The notes: generated by a model from the letters alone, not told the origin. A DNA stretch of 50,760 bases from Terrimicrobiaceae bacterium (GCA_041689405.1 JBDNGG010000027.1:1-50760), one strand, 5' to 3'. Shown: positions 29,917 to 39,792, counted from the first letter of the stretch. Numbers and translations: made by a program.

Positions 29917-31931
29917 ATGGCCGCTAAAAAGAACCGCGCAGCAGACTGGACCCAAGCAACCTTCGCCCGGCACGGCGTCGAGATGACGCTCGGCGGAGAG
30001 CCGACGTATGTGCCGGTGCATCCCAGCGGCAGCGAGTGGTCGTTCTCCGCGGTGGGCCCGACGAAGTTGCGCTACGCCGAACGCATGGCCAATGTCTTGC
30101 TTAAACGCACCATGCGCGGCGGAGTAGTCTTTTTTAGCCCTGGGAAAAAATACCCGGGCGAGGTAAATCCCCGATGGGCGTTGCGCATAATCAAGCGCCG
30201 CGACGGGGCACGCTTGTTTGCCGCTACTCCGGGTCGCACCCCCGCCACCGGAGACTCGGTAAATCTCTTTTGTGATCATCTCCGATCAGCGCTCGGAGTG
30301 CGCCGACCATGGCTCCCGTTTGCTGAAAACCCCAAGTCCGACCGTATAGTCCGGGCACTGCCACTGGACCATGAAGGCACCCAGTGGACCTCCGCCAAGT
30401 GGCCAATCCGAAAATCCCAGCGTGTTCTCAGCGAAGCCGAAGGGCCTGCCGGCCTGCGACTCCCGCTCCACCTTCTGCCCGAGGATGTGCCCCGCCGGGC
30501 ATTGGTCCTCGAAGTGCAGAACGGGCGATTGGACATTTTTTTCCACCGCTTCTTCAGCATGCATTTGCCGCGTTGGCGCAGGCAGTTGGTGACGCAATCA
30601 AAGCCGCAGGAATTGGAAAATACCAACTTCAAGGTTATGTGCCCCACGACGAGTTACAGGAGTGGATCACGCTCGGACTCACTGCAGACCCGGGAGTCCT
30701 TGAGATCAATCTGCCCGTATGCCGCGGATGGCTGGACTATGATTTCTGGATCGCGGAAGTCACCGCGGCAGCCGAGGCGGTAGGCTTGCGATCATGGAAA
30801 GAGCCGACCGGCGACTATCCTGCGGGGACCGGCGGCGGCAACCATCTGCTGTGGGGCGGTCCCACCGTCGATACGAATCCATTTATCGTTCGTCCCGCTT
30901 GGCTGACATCGATCCTACGGTTTTGGCAAAACCATCCGTCGTTAGCGTATGCATTTACCGGGTCCTACGTCGGCGCATCGTCCCAAGCGCCGCGCCCCGA
31001 TGAGAGTTCCAAGGAATTGTTTGATGTCGAAATGGGCTATCATTTTTTGGAATCCCTTGAGGAGGGCGATCATCGCTCCCTCATCAACGAGACGCTCCGT
31101 CACTTGCACACCGATGTGACAGGAAACGCGCACCGGGCGGAAATCAGTTTTGATAAATTCTGGAATTCAGGTTGGCCGGGCGGAATGCTCGGGCTCATCG
31201 AATTTCGTGCAGTCGAATCGCTGCCGCGTGCCGATTGGATGTCAGCCATCGCTCTCCTCTGGGAATGCATCGCCGCAACGTGCCTTAGCCGCCCAATCAA
31301 GGGTCCGCTCCGACGCTTCGATCTGGAGCTGCACGACCGATACTTTTTGCCCTCTTATCTTCGCGAAGACCTCCGGTCCGTGATCGAATCGCTCGCGGAA
31401 GAAGGCTGCCCGCTGGATTTCGGAATCTACGAACGGATCCTCGACTGGCGATTTCCGATACTACTGAAGGCGGGAAAAGGCGATGCCACACTGACCATTC
31501 GTAAGGCCCACGAGAGCTGGCCACTCCTGTGCGAGACACCAACCGAGGGCGGCTCGACCAGCCGCTTTGTAGATACGTCCATGCATCGGATGGAATTCGC
31601 TATGACCCCCGCATTCGCTTCAAAGCATGATATCTACGTGCAGGGCCGCCTGCTCAAGCCGCTCGGAAATGCCGATGGATTGCTGATCTCAGGGTTGCGC
31701 TACCGCAGAAGTTGCCTATACCCCTGCATGCACCCGGGCATCCCACCTCATCTGCCGCTGGACATCACCGTCACAGCCAAGGGCGCAAAAAAAATACTCA
31801 ATGGATATCGCATGGCACAGGGTGATATCGCGTTTCGCCCAAGCAGGAAGGCGGTATTGCCCTCAGACATTCCCGATTGCCGAGGGATGCATCCGCGATC
31901 AGTCACGGTGGACTTACGCGTCTTGGACTGA
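29917..31931 (+). pseudogene. DUF2126-family (putative amidoligase) gene split into two frames at a T7 run. It is either a frameshifted pseudogene, an assembly error or a -1 recoding site.
   Basis: ORF 29917-30783 (GGEPTYVP...GKKYPGEVNPRWAL...ALVLEVQNGRLDIFF) continues seamlessly in the -1 frame of ORF 30384-31931 from 30543 (PPLLQHAF...GTGGGNHLLWGG...SYVGASSQAPRPDES...). The reading beyond the junction in each original frame looks like noise. Confidence 0.75.
30537..30543 (+). other. Heptamer T_TTT_TTC (X_XXY_YYZ) at the frame junction of the DUF2126 gene
   Basis: Zero-frame codons are ATT TTT TTC (30535-30543). The -1 frame resumes at CCA 30543-30545. The T run spans 30536-30542. Confidence 0.6.
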
Positions 31932-31947
31932 CCACATCCATTGCTGC

Positions 31948-33282
31948 ATGAACTCGGAGTCACCGCCCAATATTCTGATTTTGATGGCGGATGAGTTCCG
32001 CTTTGACCTGCCAGGGTTCATGGGCAATCCCGTATGTCGCACGCCCCATCTCGACCAACTTGCGCGGGACGCGGTGATTTTCGACAATGCCTACACCCCA
32101 TCGCCCGTCTGCGTGCCCGCGCGGCAATGTCTCGCGACCGGAAAGTATCCCCTGCACATCGGATGTGAGTATTTCGGTGATGACATCGCGCCGCAATCGT
32201 CAACGTTTTCCCGGCAGTTCAGCGAGGAAGGATATCTCACCGTCGCCTGTGGAAAGTTGCACCACCGCGGTCCAGACCAAATGCAGGGATGGATGCAGCG
32301 CATTGGCGGTGAATGCGCGCTCAATTGGCCACCGACGCCGGCAAATAAATCCCGGGGCCAAATCGGGCGACTAAAATGGCGCGGGGCATCGGAGCTGCAT
32401 CAGGCAGGCCCGGGGTTGTCTCCGACGACGATCCAAGACCGCTACACCGTGGATGGCGCCGTAGCATGGATGCAAATGCATTTTGGCGGCATGTATCAGC
32501 GCGACCCCTCGCCGCTTGCGCCCGCGCTCCTGATGGTAAGCCTCCAGCAGCCACACTTCCCGTTCCTCGCAGATCCCGAACGGGTAAAATATTACAAAGA
32601 TCGGATTCATGCCCGCACGCAGGAGGAGGCCGACTTCCACCCCGTCCTTGGAGCAGATGCCCTGCCGTGCGGCGCAGACGTCAGCGAGGATGAAATTAAA
32701 AATGCGACTGCGGCCTATTATTCTCTCGCAGAGCAGGCGGACAGCGAGTTTGGCCGCGTGCTCCGCGCGATTGAAGACCACGGACAGGATTTGGACGACT
32801 GGACGATTATTTTCACCGCCGACCACGGCGAGATGCTCGGCGAGCATGCGCTTTGGGGGAAGCGGAAATTTTTTGAAGGTAGCGTGCGCGTGCCCTTTTT
32901 CATCCGGTCTCCGCGCCGATTTGAGGCAGCCAAACGCCGTGAGAACGTAAACCTTGTTGATATATTTCCCACGCTCTGCGATCTCACGGGTTTTTCAGCC
33001 CCGGAGGATCTGGATGGCCGCAGCCTCACAGCACTACTTCGAGGTGACGCCGTGGGCTGGCAGAACGATACATTTTCTCAATACGAAGCAGATCAGTTCA
33101 TGCTCAAGCGTGGTAATCTTAAATACCTGACATTCGGAGAATGGGGACCAGATGTGCTGTTTGATTTAGCAAGTGATCCCGGCGAAACCACCAACCGGAT
33201 TGGCGAACTTTCCTACGCCACACAGGCTGCCGATATGAAAACGTGCCTCCAACTTTTCATCGCCTCCCGCCGGGACGGATAA
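31948..33282 (+). CDS. Cys-type sulfatase
   Basis: NILILMADEFRFD and the formylglycine motif SPVCVPARQCLATGKY (CxPxR), plus FTADHGEMLGEH. Start at ATG 31948, 17 nt after the DUF2126 stop. Confidence 0.85.
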   Translation: MNSESPPNILILMADEFRFDLPGFMGNPVCRTPHLDQLARDAVIFDNAYTPSPVCVPARQCLATGKYPLHIGCEYFGDDIAPQSSTFSRQFSEEGYLTVACGKLHHRGPDQMQGWMQRIGGECALNWPPTPANKSRGQIGRLKWRGASELHQAGPGLSPTTIQDRYTVDGAVAWMQMHFGGMYQRDPSPLAPALLMVSLQQPHFPFLADPERVKYYKDRIHARTQEEADFHPVLGADALPCGADVSEDEIKNATAAYYSLAEQADSEFGRVLRAIEDHGQDLDDWTIIFTADHGEMLGEHALWGKRKFFEGSVRVPFFIRSPRRFEAAKRRENVNLVDIFPTLCDLTGFSAPEDLDGRSLTALLRGDAVGWQNDTFSQYEADQFMLKRGNLKYLTFGEWGPDVLFDLASDPGETTNRIGELSYATQAADMKTCLQLFIASRRDG

Positions 33283-33335
33283 TTTGCAATTCGCTTGCTG
33301 ACTTGCCCGAGGAATTTGCTTACCTTCCCGGAACT

Positions 33336-34883
33336 ATGTCGCAAAACCTGCCTCTCACTGGTCACGACTGCCCCGGAGACCCCTGCGTTATTGTCATTTT
33401 TGGGGCATCCGGCGATCTCACCAAACGCAAACTCCTACCAGCACTTTATAACTTAAAGTCGCTCAAGTTACTCCCGGAAAACTTCGCCGTCGTAGGCTGC
33501 GCCTCCACGCCAGGAGACGATGTGTATTTTCGCGAAAAGGCAACTGCCGACATCAAGGAATTTGCGACTCGTCCATTCGACGCAGACGTGTGGGATGACT
33601 TCAGTGACCGGATGTACTACGTCAACGGCGACTTCAATGATCCCGCCACGTTCCAAACGCTCAAAGCCAAAATCGGCGAGGCTCAGAAAGCCTGGAATGT
33701 CCCCAAGAATATTCTCTTCTATCTCGCAATCACACCCACCTTGTTCGCCAAGGTGGCCGATCAACTCGGACATGCAGGTCTCACGACACAGGAACCCGAG
33801 GATTGGCGTCGCGTCATTGTCGAAAAACCATTCGGCCGCGATCTTGATAGCGCCCGCGCGCTCAATGCCGAACTCGGGAAGTCGTTGCTTGAGTCTCAGA
33901 TTTATCGCATCGACCACTATCTCGGTAAAGAGACAGTGCAAAACATCATGGTCTTTCGATTTGGAAATTCCGTGTTCGAGCCGACTTGGAACCGCCGCTA
34001 CATCGAATACGTTCAAATCACGGTCGCCGAAGAGCTCGGGGTCGAGATGCGTGGTGGCTACTATGATCACTCAGGGGTCCTGCGTGATATGGTGCAAAAC
34101 CACATCCTGTCCGTACTTTCGCTCATCGCAATGGAACCGCCGAGCTCCATCACCGGCGATGCCGTACGCAACGAGAAGGTCAAAGTCCTGGAAGCAATCC
34201 GTCCCATGGAGCCAGAAGATGTCATCGAAAATACCGTTCGAGGCCAATACGCCGCCGGGATCGTCGATGGCCATCACGTCCCGGCATACCGCACCGAGCC
34301 GGATGTCAATCCCCGCTCCAATACGGAGACATTCGCAGCACTCAAGCTTTACATCGAAAACTGGCGCTGGGCGGAAGTGCCATTTTATATTCGCTCCGGC
34401 AAACGCCTTGCCGCACGAACAACAGAGGTCGTAATCGGGTTCCGGCGAGCGCCGCTGCTCTTGTTCGGCACCGAAACCGAACAAAAAATTCCGCCTAACA
34501 GGCTAGTGCTCCACATCCAACCGGAAGAGGGCATCACGCTCGACATCCACGCGAAGCGTCCAGGACCAAAGATCTCGATCTCAAACGTCCCGTTGAATTT
34601 TAATTACGGCGAATTCGGAGAATCAACCGCAGCCACAGGATATGAAACCCTGCTCTATGATTGCATGATTGGGGAGACCTCGCTGTTCCACCGATACGAC
34701 TCCGTGGATGCCTCTTGGCGTATCGTCAACCCGATCCTGGATGTGTGGCAAGCCTTGCCGGCACGGGATTTCCCAAATTACGAAGCCGGCACGTGGGGTC
34801 CCAAAGCCGCCGACGACCTGCTCGCCCGCGACGGTCACGCATGGCACCACTACCCAAAAATCGATAGTAAGATTTCCCCCTGA
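33336..34883 (+). CDS. zwf: Glucose-6-phosphate dehydrogenase
   Basis: IFGASGDLTKRKLLPALYNL, RIDHYLGKE and EKPFGRDL. Confidence 0.92.
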   Translation: MSQNLPLTGHDCPGDPCVIVIFGASGDLTKRKLLPALYNLKSLKLLPENFAVVGCASTPGDDVYFREKATADIKEFATRPFDADVWDDFSDRMYYVNGDFNDPATFQTLKAKIGEAQKAWNVPKNILFYLAITPTLFAKVADQLGHAGLTTQEPEDWRRVIVEKPFGRDLDSARALNAELGKSLLESQIYRIDHYLGKETVQNIMVFRFGNSVFEPTWNRRYIEYVQITVAEELGVEMRGGYYDHSGVLRDMVQNHILSVLSLIAMEPPSSITGDAVRNEKVKVLEAIRPMEPEDVIENTVRGQYAAGIVDGHHVPAYRTEPDVNPRSNTETFAALKLYIENWRWAEVPFYIRSGKRLAARTTEVVIGFRRAPLLLFGTETEQKIPPNRLVLHIQPEEGITLDIHAKRPGPKISISNVPLNFNYGEFGESTAATGYETLLYDCMIGETSLFHRYDSVDASWRIVNPILDVWQALPARDFPNYEAGTWGPKAADDLLARDGHAWHHYPKIDSKISP

Positions 34884-34885
34884 CA

Positions 34886-35899
34886 ATGGCATCCACTCCA
34901 CCAAGCATCAGCCGTATCATCCTAGCAGGCGATATCGGAGGAACAAAAACCAACCTGGCACTCTACTCGCTGTCAAAATCCGGGAAGTTGGAAATGCTCC
35001 GCAACAAGCGATATCCAAGCGCGGAATTCGAAAGCCTCAATGCGATCGTTGCGAAATTTCTTAGCAAAACAGATGCGCCGATCGACGCTGCGTGTTTTGG
35101 CGTGCCGGGTCCCGTGCGAGACAACCGTTCCCAACCCACAAATTTGCGTTGGCCCGCAGACGGATACTCTCTAATCAATGACCTCAAGACGACCAACGTC
35201 GACCTCCTCAATGATCTCGCAGCCAATGCCTATGGGATCAGCGCGCTATCAGAATCCGAGTTCGAGACCATCCAGCTGGGATTTGTCGCAGCCGAGGGCA
35301 ACCGCTGTGTTGTATCGCCCGGTACAGGGCTCGGAGAGGGAGGTCTATACTGGGACGGAAAACAGCACCGCGTCTGGGCTTGCGAGGGAGGCCACTCGGA
35401 CTTTGCCCCGCGTTCTGCGATTGAAGTGCAACTCCTGGCGTATCTTCAGGCCAGATTCGGGCACGTGAGTGCTGAACGAGTCGTCTCCGGGTTGGGATTT
35501 GGAAATATCTATGAATTTCTTCGCGACACGGGCCCTATTCCGGAGCTTCCAGAAGTTTCTGCGGCCATGAAAATCGATCAACCGGCCAAGGTAATTGTTG
35601 CCTTTGCCGAATCCGCCAAGTGCCATCTCTGCGTTCAAGCACTCGATATCTTCTGCGAATGTCTCGCTCATGAAGCTGCTAATTTCGCACTCAAAGCGAT
35701 GGCCACAGGCGGAGTCTATTTGGGCGGAGGCATTCCTTCTAAGATCCTGTGGAAATTGAAGGCGCCTGCCTTTCGCGCCGCCTTTAATGCCAAGGGCCGC
35801 ATGGAGCCACTCATGGAAACGATGCCTGTTAAAGTAATTCTAAACGACAATGCCGCACTCATCGGCGCCGCTAAATTCGCCGCTGACGCCTTGAACTAG
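34886..35899 (+). CDS. glk: Glucokinase
   Basis: ILAGDIGGTKTNLALY is the ATP-binding motif. It has the length and layout of the Glk family and starts 3 nt after zwf. Confidence 0.85.
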   Translation: MASTPPSISRIILAGDIGGTKTNLALYSLSKSGKLEMLRNKRYPSAEFESLNAIVAKFLSKTDAPIDAACFGVPGPVRDNRSQPTNLRWPADGYSLINDLKTTNVDLLNDLAANAYGISALSESEFETIQLGFVAAEGNRCVVSPGTGLGEGGLYWDGKQHRVWACEGGHSDFAPRSAIEVQLLAYLQARFGHVSAERVVSGLGFGNIYEFLRDTGPIPELPEVSAAMKIDQPAKVIVAFAESAKCHLCVQALDIFCECLAHEAANFALKAMATGGVYLGGGIPSKILWKLKAPAFRAAFNAKGRMEPLMETMPVKVILNDNAALIGAAKFAADALN

Positions 35900-35935
35900 G
35901 GCTTCCCTCAGTCTATCCGGTCATTCGGGCATCGA

Positions 35936-36685
35936 TTACCGACGTGACCGACTCAGTGCCCGCAGCTCACGGATCGCCTCGGCGATATCCTCCGGGCTAT
36001 CCACTCCCACACTTGGTTTTGCCACCTCAATCACTCGAATTTCCGTGCCGTGCTCTAAAGCACGCAGCTGTTCCAACGACTCCGCCAATTCCAATGGTGT
36101 CGGCTTCCAACTAATAAATTTTTGCAGAAAGCTGACTCGGTAGCCATAGATGCCCAGGTGATGCATCGGCCGGACGGCATCGCGCTTGTTGCGAACGTAG
36201 GGGATGGCAACGCGCGAAAAATAGATCGCATTACCATTCAGGTCCGTGATCACTTTCACCTGATTCGGGTTTTCCAAGTTGGCCTTCGCAGGAAAACGCG
36301 CCGCGGCGGTGATCATCTGCAAGCGGGGCTCATGCCGCAATGCGGCCGCCAGCTCGGAGATCAATTTGGGATCTATTGCCGGCTCATCCCCTTGGACATT
36401 GATCACATGACTGACCCCGCGCAGACGCAATACCACCTCACCCAGCCGATCTGTACCCGTCGCATGAGATATCTTAGTCATCGACACGTCCGCACCAAAT
36501 TCGGCGGCCACCTTGGCAATTCTTTCGTCATCCGTAGCAACGATGACTGCATCAATGCCCGTTGCTTCGCAACATCGCTCCCACACATGCTGCACAAGTG
36601 GCTTCCCAAGAATTTCAACCAATGGCTTCCCGGGGAAACGGGTGGATGCCCATCTTGCAGGAATAATTGCTACAATTTTTTTCAT
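35936..36685 (-). CDS. kdsB: 3-deoxy-manno-octulosonate cytidylyltransferase
   Basis: MKKIVAIIPARWASTRFPGKPL and VINVQGDEP. Confidence 0.88.
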   Translation of the reverse strand: MKKIVAIIPARWASTRFPGKPLVEILGKPLVQHVWERCCEATGIDAVIVATDDERIAKVAAEFGADVSMTKISHATGTDRLGEVVLRLRGVSHVINVQGDEPAIDPKLISELAAALRHEPRLQMITAAARFPAKANLENPNQVKVITDLNGNAIYFSRVAIPYVRNKRDAVRPMHHLGIYGYRVSFLQKFISWKPTPLELAESLEQLRALEHGTEIRVIEVAKPSVGVDSPEDIAEAIRELRALSRSRR

Positions 36686-36713
36686 CAGATAAACATGGGG
36701 ATCCGGTGCTGCC

Positions 36714-37274
36714 TCAGCCCATATCCAGCGTGGCACCAAGGATCAAGTGGATCGCCGAGACCGCACTCTCAGCAACAAAGTCTGGTTCGGGTCCAACATA
36801 GTTCGCGCCGTATCCGGTCCTGACTAGAACCGTACGGAGGCCTGCTGCTTGTCCGCATTGAATGTCTGCGACCTTGTCACCCACCATCCACGATTTCGTG
36901 GGATCAATATGAAAATCTGCCATCGCTTCAAAAATCATCCCGGGCTCTGGTTTTCGGCGTTTCGAATCGGTCGGAGGAGCGTCTAGACAGAAATAGGCTC
37001 CGTCGAGTTGATTACCGATCTGCCGTAACAATTCACTGTGTACTGCCTGATATTCCTCAATCGTTATCGTACCACGCCCAATCCCGCTTTGATTGGTGAT
37101 TAAAATCGCGAGCCAACCCCTCTCCCGAAGGTCTGCCAGCGCCTGGGCGACACCAAATATCACACGCACATCCTGCGTTCGCCGACAATAATTCACTTCA
37201 TCCATAAGCGTGCCGTCACGATCAAAAAATATCGTCGGACACGGTGGAAAATGCCCCCTGACAGCTCGACGCAT
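36714..37274 (-). CDS. gmhB: HAD-IIIA phosphatase, D,D-heptose 1,7-bisphosphate phosphatase-like
   Basis: IFFDRDGTL (DxDxT), ITNQSGIGRG and VGDKVADIQCGQAAG. The start is taken at MRRAV (37274); the ORF opens at 37328. Confidence 0.7.
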   Translation of the reverse strand: MRRAVRGHFPPCPTIFFDRDGTLMDEVNYCRRTQDVRVIFGVAQALADLRERGWLAILITNQSGIGRGTITIEEYQAVHSELLRQIGNQLDGAYFCLDAPPTDSKRRKPEPGMIFEAMADFHIDPTKSWMVGDKVADIQCGQAAGLRTVLVRTGYGANYVGPEPDFVAESAVSAIHLILGATLDMG

Positions 37275-38158
37275 GTTGCTAATAGGAGAACCCAAGATCC
37301 GAGCAGAAAAGCCCGGCCTGCGGCTCAAAGAAACACCTCATATAGGCCGACGCAAAGTATCTGTTGTAATCTGCGGTCACCGAATGGGGGAACTTTTATT
37401 TCCGTTAAATTGTTAAAGCTCTGCAAGCCTCGTTACAACCCCATGGGTAGGAGATTGCGGGGGTGCTGGCGAGCCTTTTTTCTCCTGCGCGCCGTGTCCG
37501 TAACGGCGAACACCGATCTTTTTGTTCTGGAGCGAAAGGAAATAAGGGGCGCCGGTCGGTCTTCATACGGCCTTTTCCACTTCTGCCGCCACCCTGACAC
37601 GTTAGGGGCAGTCCTAAAATTTAAATGTCGTGAGGGCATAAAAACCCTGAAAGAATTCACATCGGCAGCAAGGAGACCGCGGTTGGAATTCGAGGGGCGG
37701 TTTATCACGTGATCAATCGGCGGAATTTCCGGAAGGGTCTATTTTTGGTACGGGGAGCCGCTCCCGCATTTGAGAAAGCTTTGTGTGAAGTCTGCGTGAA
37801 GTCCGGATCGGCATGGAGTGCCTGGGGCTTGACGATCTCGGCGGCCAGCCGAACGGGAGTTCCATGAAAATCGCGCTGGCGACCCTAGTCATGAGCCGCA
37901 CTGTTGTCACAAATCTCTGGATTGCCCGGAGATTCCAGATGGGCGATCCCAGTAGCGTGAGTCGCCACTGCGCGGAGACCAAAGCCCGGGAGGATGTACG
38001 AAAGACCAGCAAACCGCTGGAAAAAGCAGGAAGCAAGAGCTGACCCCTCTGAACTTTCTCACCCTTCTCCGGGTGTCATTCTATTTGGCGCAATGCGGGA
38101 CGCGAGCCACCCCGCCAAAAGAATTGACAAGGCCAGCCACGGCGTCAACGATTCCGCC

Positions 38159-39139
38159 ATGGTCTCGGGCGCGGTTAATCTTTTCTGGCTCTGGACCCTC
38201 CTGGGATCGGCGTGGGCATGGCTTGTTCCGGCGCATTTCACATGGTTTCTCGGAAACGTGCCGGCTACGAGCGTGTCCATGATTTCCGTCGGCCTCGGTG
38301 TCATCATGCTCGGCATGGGCATGACGCTGACCTTCGCGGATTTCAAAGAAGTCATAAAAATACCGCGCTGGATAGGCTTCGGAGTGGCCGCACAATTCAT
38401 GATCATGCCCTTTATCGGCTGGGCGGTGGCCTCCCTTTCCGGCCTGCCAGATGAGTTCAAGCTCGGCATCATTCTCGTAAGCTGCTGCCCCGGCGGTACT
38501 GCCTCGAATGTGGTGACATTTATCGCGCGCGGGAACCTCGCCCTGAGCGTCCTGTTGACCACCATGTCCACCCTCCTCGCCGTCGGCCTCACCCCATTTC
38601 TCACCAAGACATACGCCTCCTCAATCCTCACCATCGAAGCCAAGCCGATGGTTCTTTCCATGCTCACCATCGTGCTCCTGCCGATACTCACCGGGCTTGT
38701 TCTCAACCGCTATCTGGGAGGGAGACTCCGCCTCGCCAAAGAGCTTTCTCCCATCGTCTCCGTCTTTGTTATCGTCCTCATCGTCTCCGCGGTCATTGGC
38801 GCGACGAAGGACTCCATCGCCACTCATTGGAAAACACTCGTGCCTGCCGTCTTTGCAGTCCACGCCCTAGGCTTCAGCCTCGGCTACCTTTGGGCGAAGC
38901 TCCTGCGCTTTCCAGAAAAGGAAGCCCGCACCGTCTCCATCGAGGTAGGGATGCAGAATTCCGGCCTCGCTTCCTCCCTCGCAAAAACCCATTTTACCAT
39001 GCTTGCCGCCACCCCCTGCGCCATCTCCGCGTTTTTGCACTGCGTCATTGGCAGCATCCTGGCCAGCTACTGGAGCAGGAAAAATCCTCAGCAAGACGTT
39101 AGACCGGTAGCACGTAGGGGGGCAGGCACGGTTTATTGA
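38159..39139 (+). CDS. Bile acid:sodium symporter (BASS/SBF) family transporter
   Basis: GMGMTLTFADF, ILVSCCPGGTASNVVTFIARGNLALSV and IEVGMQNSGLA. An alternative start is ATG 38093. Confidence 0.8.
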   Translation: MVSGAVNLFWLWTLLGSAWAWLVPAHFTWFLGNVPATSVSMISVGLGVIMLGMGMTLTFADFKEVIKIPRWIGFGVAAQFMIMPFIGWAVASLSGLPDEFKLGIILVSCCPGGTASNVVTFIARGNLALSVLLTTMSTLLAVGLTPFLTKTYASSILTIEAKPMVLSMLTIVLLPILTGLVLNRYLGGRLRLAKELSPIVSVFVIVLIVSAVIGATKDSIATHWKTLVPAVFAVHALGFSLGYLWAKLLRFPEKEARTVSIEVGMQNSGLASSLAKTHFTMLAATPCAISAFLHCVIGSILASYWSRKNPQQDVRPVARRGAGTVY

Positions 39140-39246
39140 TATTCCGGCTCTTTTGTGAGCTCTATAAACAAATCTGCGGGTCAGAAAGAGACTAGGAAAT
39201 TGAGGTTCTTCGCTGTTTTCGGTGCGGGATCATGTTCAGGTAAGAT

Positions 39247-39293
39247 CCGGAGGGTCGATTTGGAAATTAGCCGGTGGTGAAAACCACTGGAAT
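39247..39293 (+). repeat. Left REP-like repeat CCGGAGGG-N7-GGAAATTAGCC-N10-ACCACTGGAAT with an internal hairpin CCGGTGGT-GAAA-ACCACTGG
   Basis: Read directly. The hairpin arms are complementary apart from one G-U pair. Confidence 0.6.
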
Positions 39294-39344
39294 TCGATAC
39301 AGGAGGTGATCCGCCCCGGCTGGGGCGGAGGAAAAATCTTAACC

Positions 39345-39792
39345 CTACCATCGACCCATCTCTGCCTGAATTACCATCGGGTTTTTGGAACCAAGGATCA
39401 TGCGCCGGTCATTGCGTCTGCGTGGCGCGGCGATTTGCATGCTTTCATGGGCGGTCTTGTGCGCACCCTTGGTAGCGTGCCGGAGGCCGTGGTGGTGCTT
39501 CCGACCATGTTCATTTGATGGTGGGACTACGAGCCACGCATTGCCTCTCCGATGTAATGCGCGAATTGAAGTCCATTTCCTCACGATGGGTCCATGAGGC
39601 CCCAAGGGCTTCAGTCGTTTTGCGTGGCAGGGAGGTTACGGAGCATTCGCTGCGAGTCAGTCGCAGAGGGTTACTTCCGGTGTTATATTGGCGAAGCAGG
39701 AGGAGCCCCATCGCACGCAGACGTTTCACGAGGAATATCTCGAACTCCTCCAGCGACACGGAGTGGAGTTTGATAGTCGCTATGTGTTTTGA
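39345..39792 (+). pseudogene. RAYT-like Y1 transposase, at least two frameshifts
   Basis: Frame 0 reads LPSTHLCLNYHRVFGTKDHAPVIASAWRGDLHAFMGGLVRTLGSVPEAV. The next frame reads DHVHLMVGLRATHCLSDVMRELKSISSRWVHE. The third frame reads FAWQGGYGAFAASQSQ...QEEPHRTQTFHEEYLELLQRHGVEFDSRYVF, with the stop at 39790-39792. Confidence 0.75.

Noticed and set aside
29917-31931. Two overlapping genes (29917-30783 and 30384-31931), as the ORF track suggests
   Set aside because: Only the first roughly 625 nt of ORF 1 and the part of ORF 2 after 30543 read like protein (DUF2126-like). The overlapping tails are Arg/Ser/Pro-rich noise. It is one gene with a frame break at 30536-30543.
37668-37683. Cobalamin riboswitch, based on the B12-box-like string AGCAAGGAGACCGCGG
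   Set aside because: I cannot find the other conserved core elements (GGGAA...GGTGAAA...GCCACTG) in order upstream. The next start codon is more than 400 nt away. A covariance-model scan is needed before any claim.
37713-38036. A 107-aa minus-strand ORF, and the neighbouring-frame reading ...GFGLRAVATHATGIAHLESPGNPEICDNSAAHD*, as a gene or gene remnant
   Set aside because: No recognisable motif, biased composition and a stop in the alternative frame. It is kept only as part of the long-intergenic finding.
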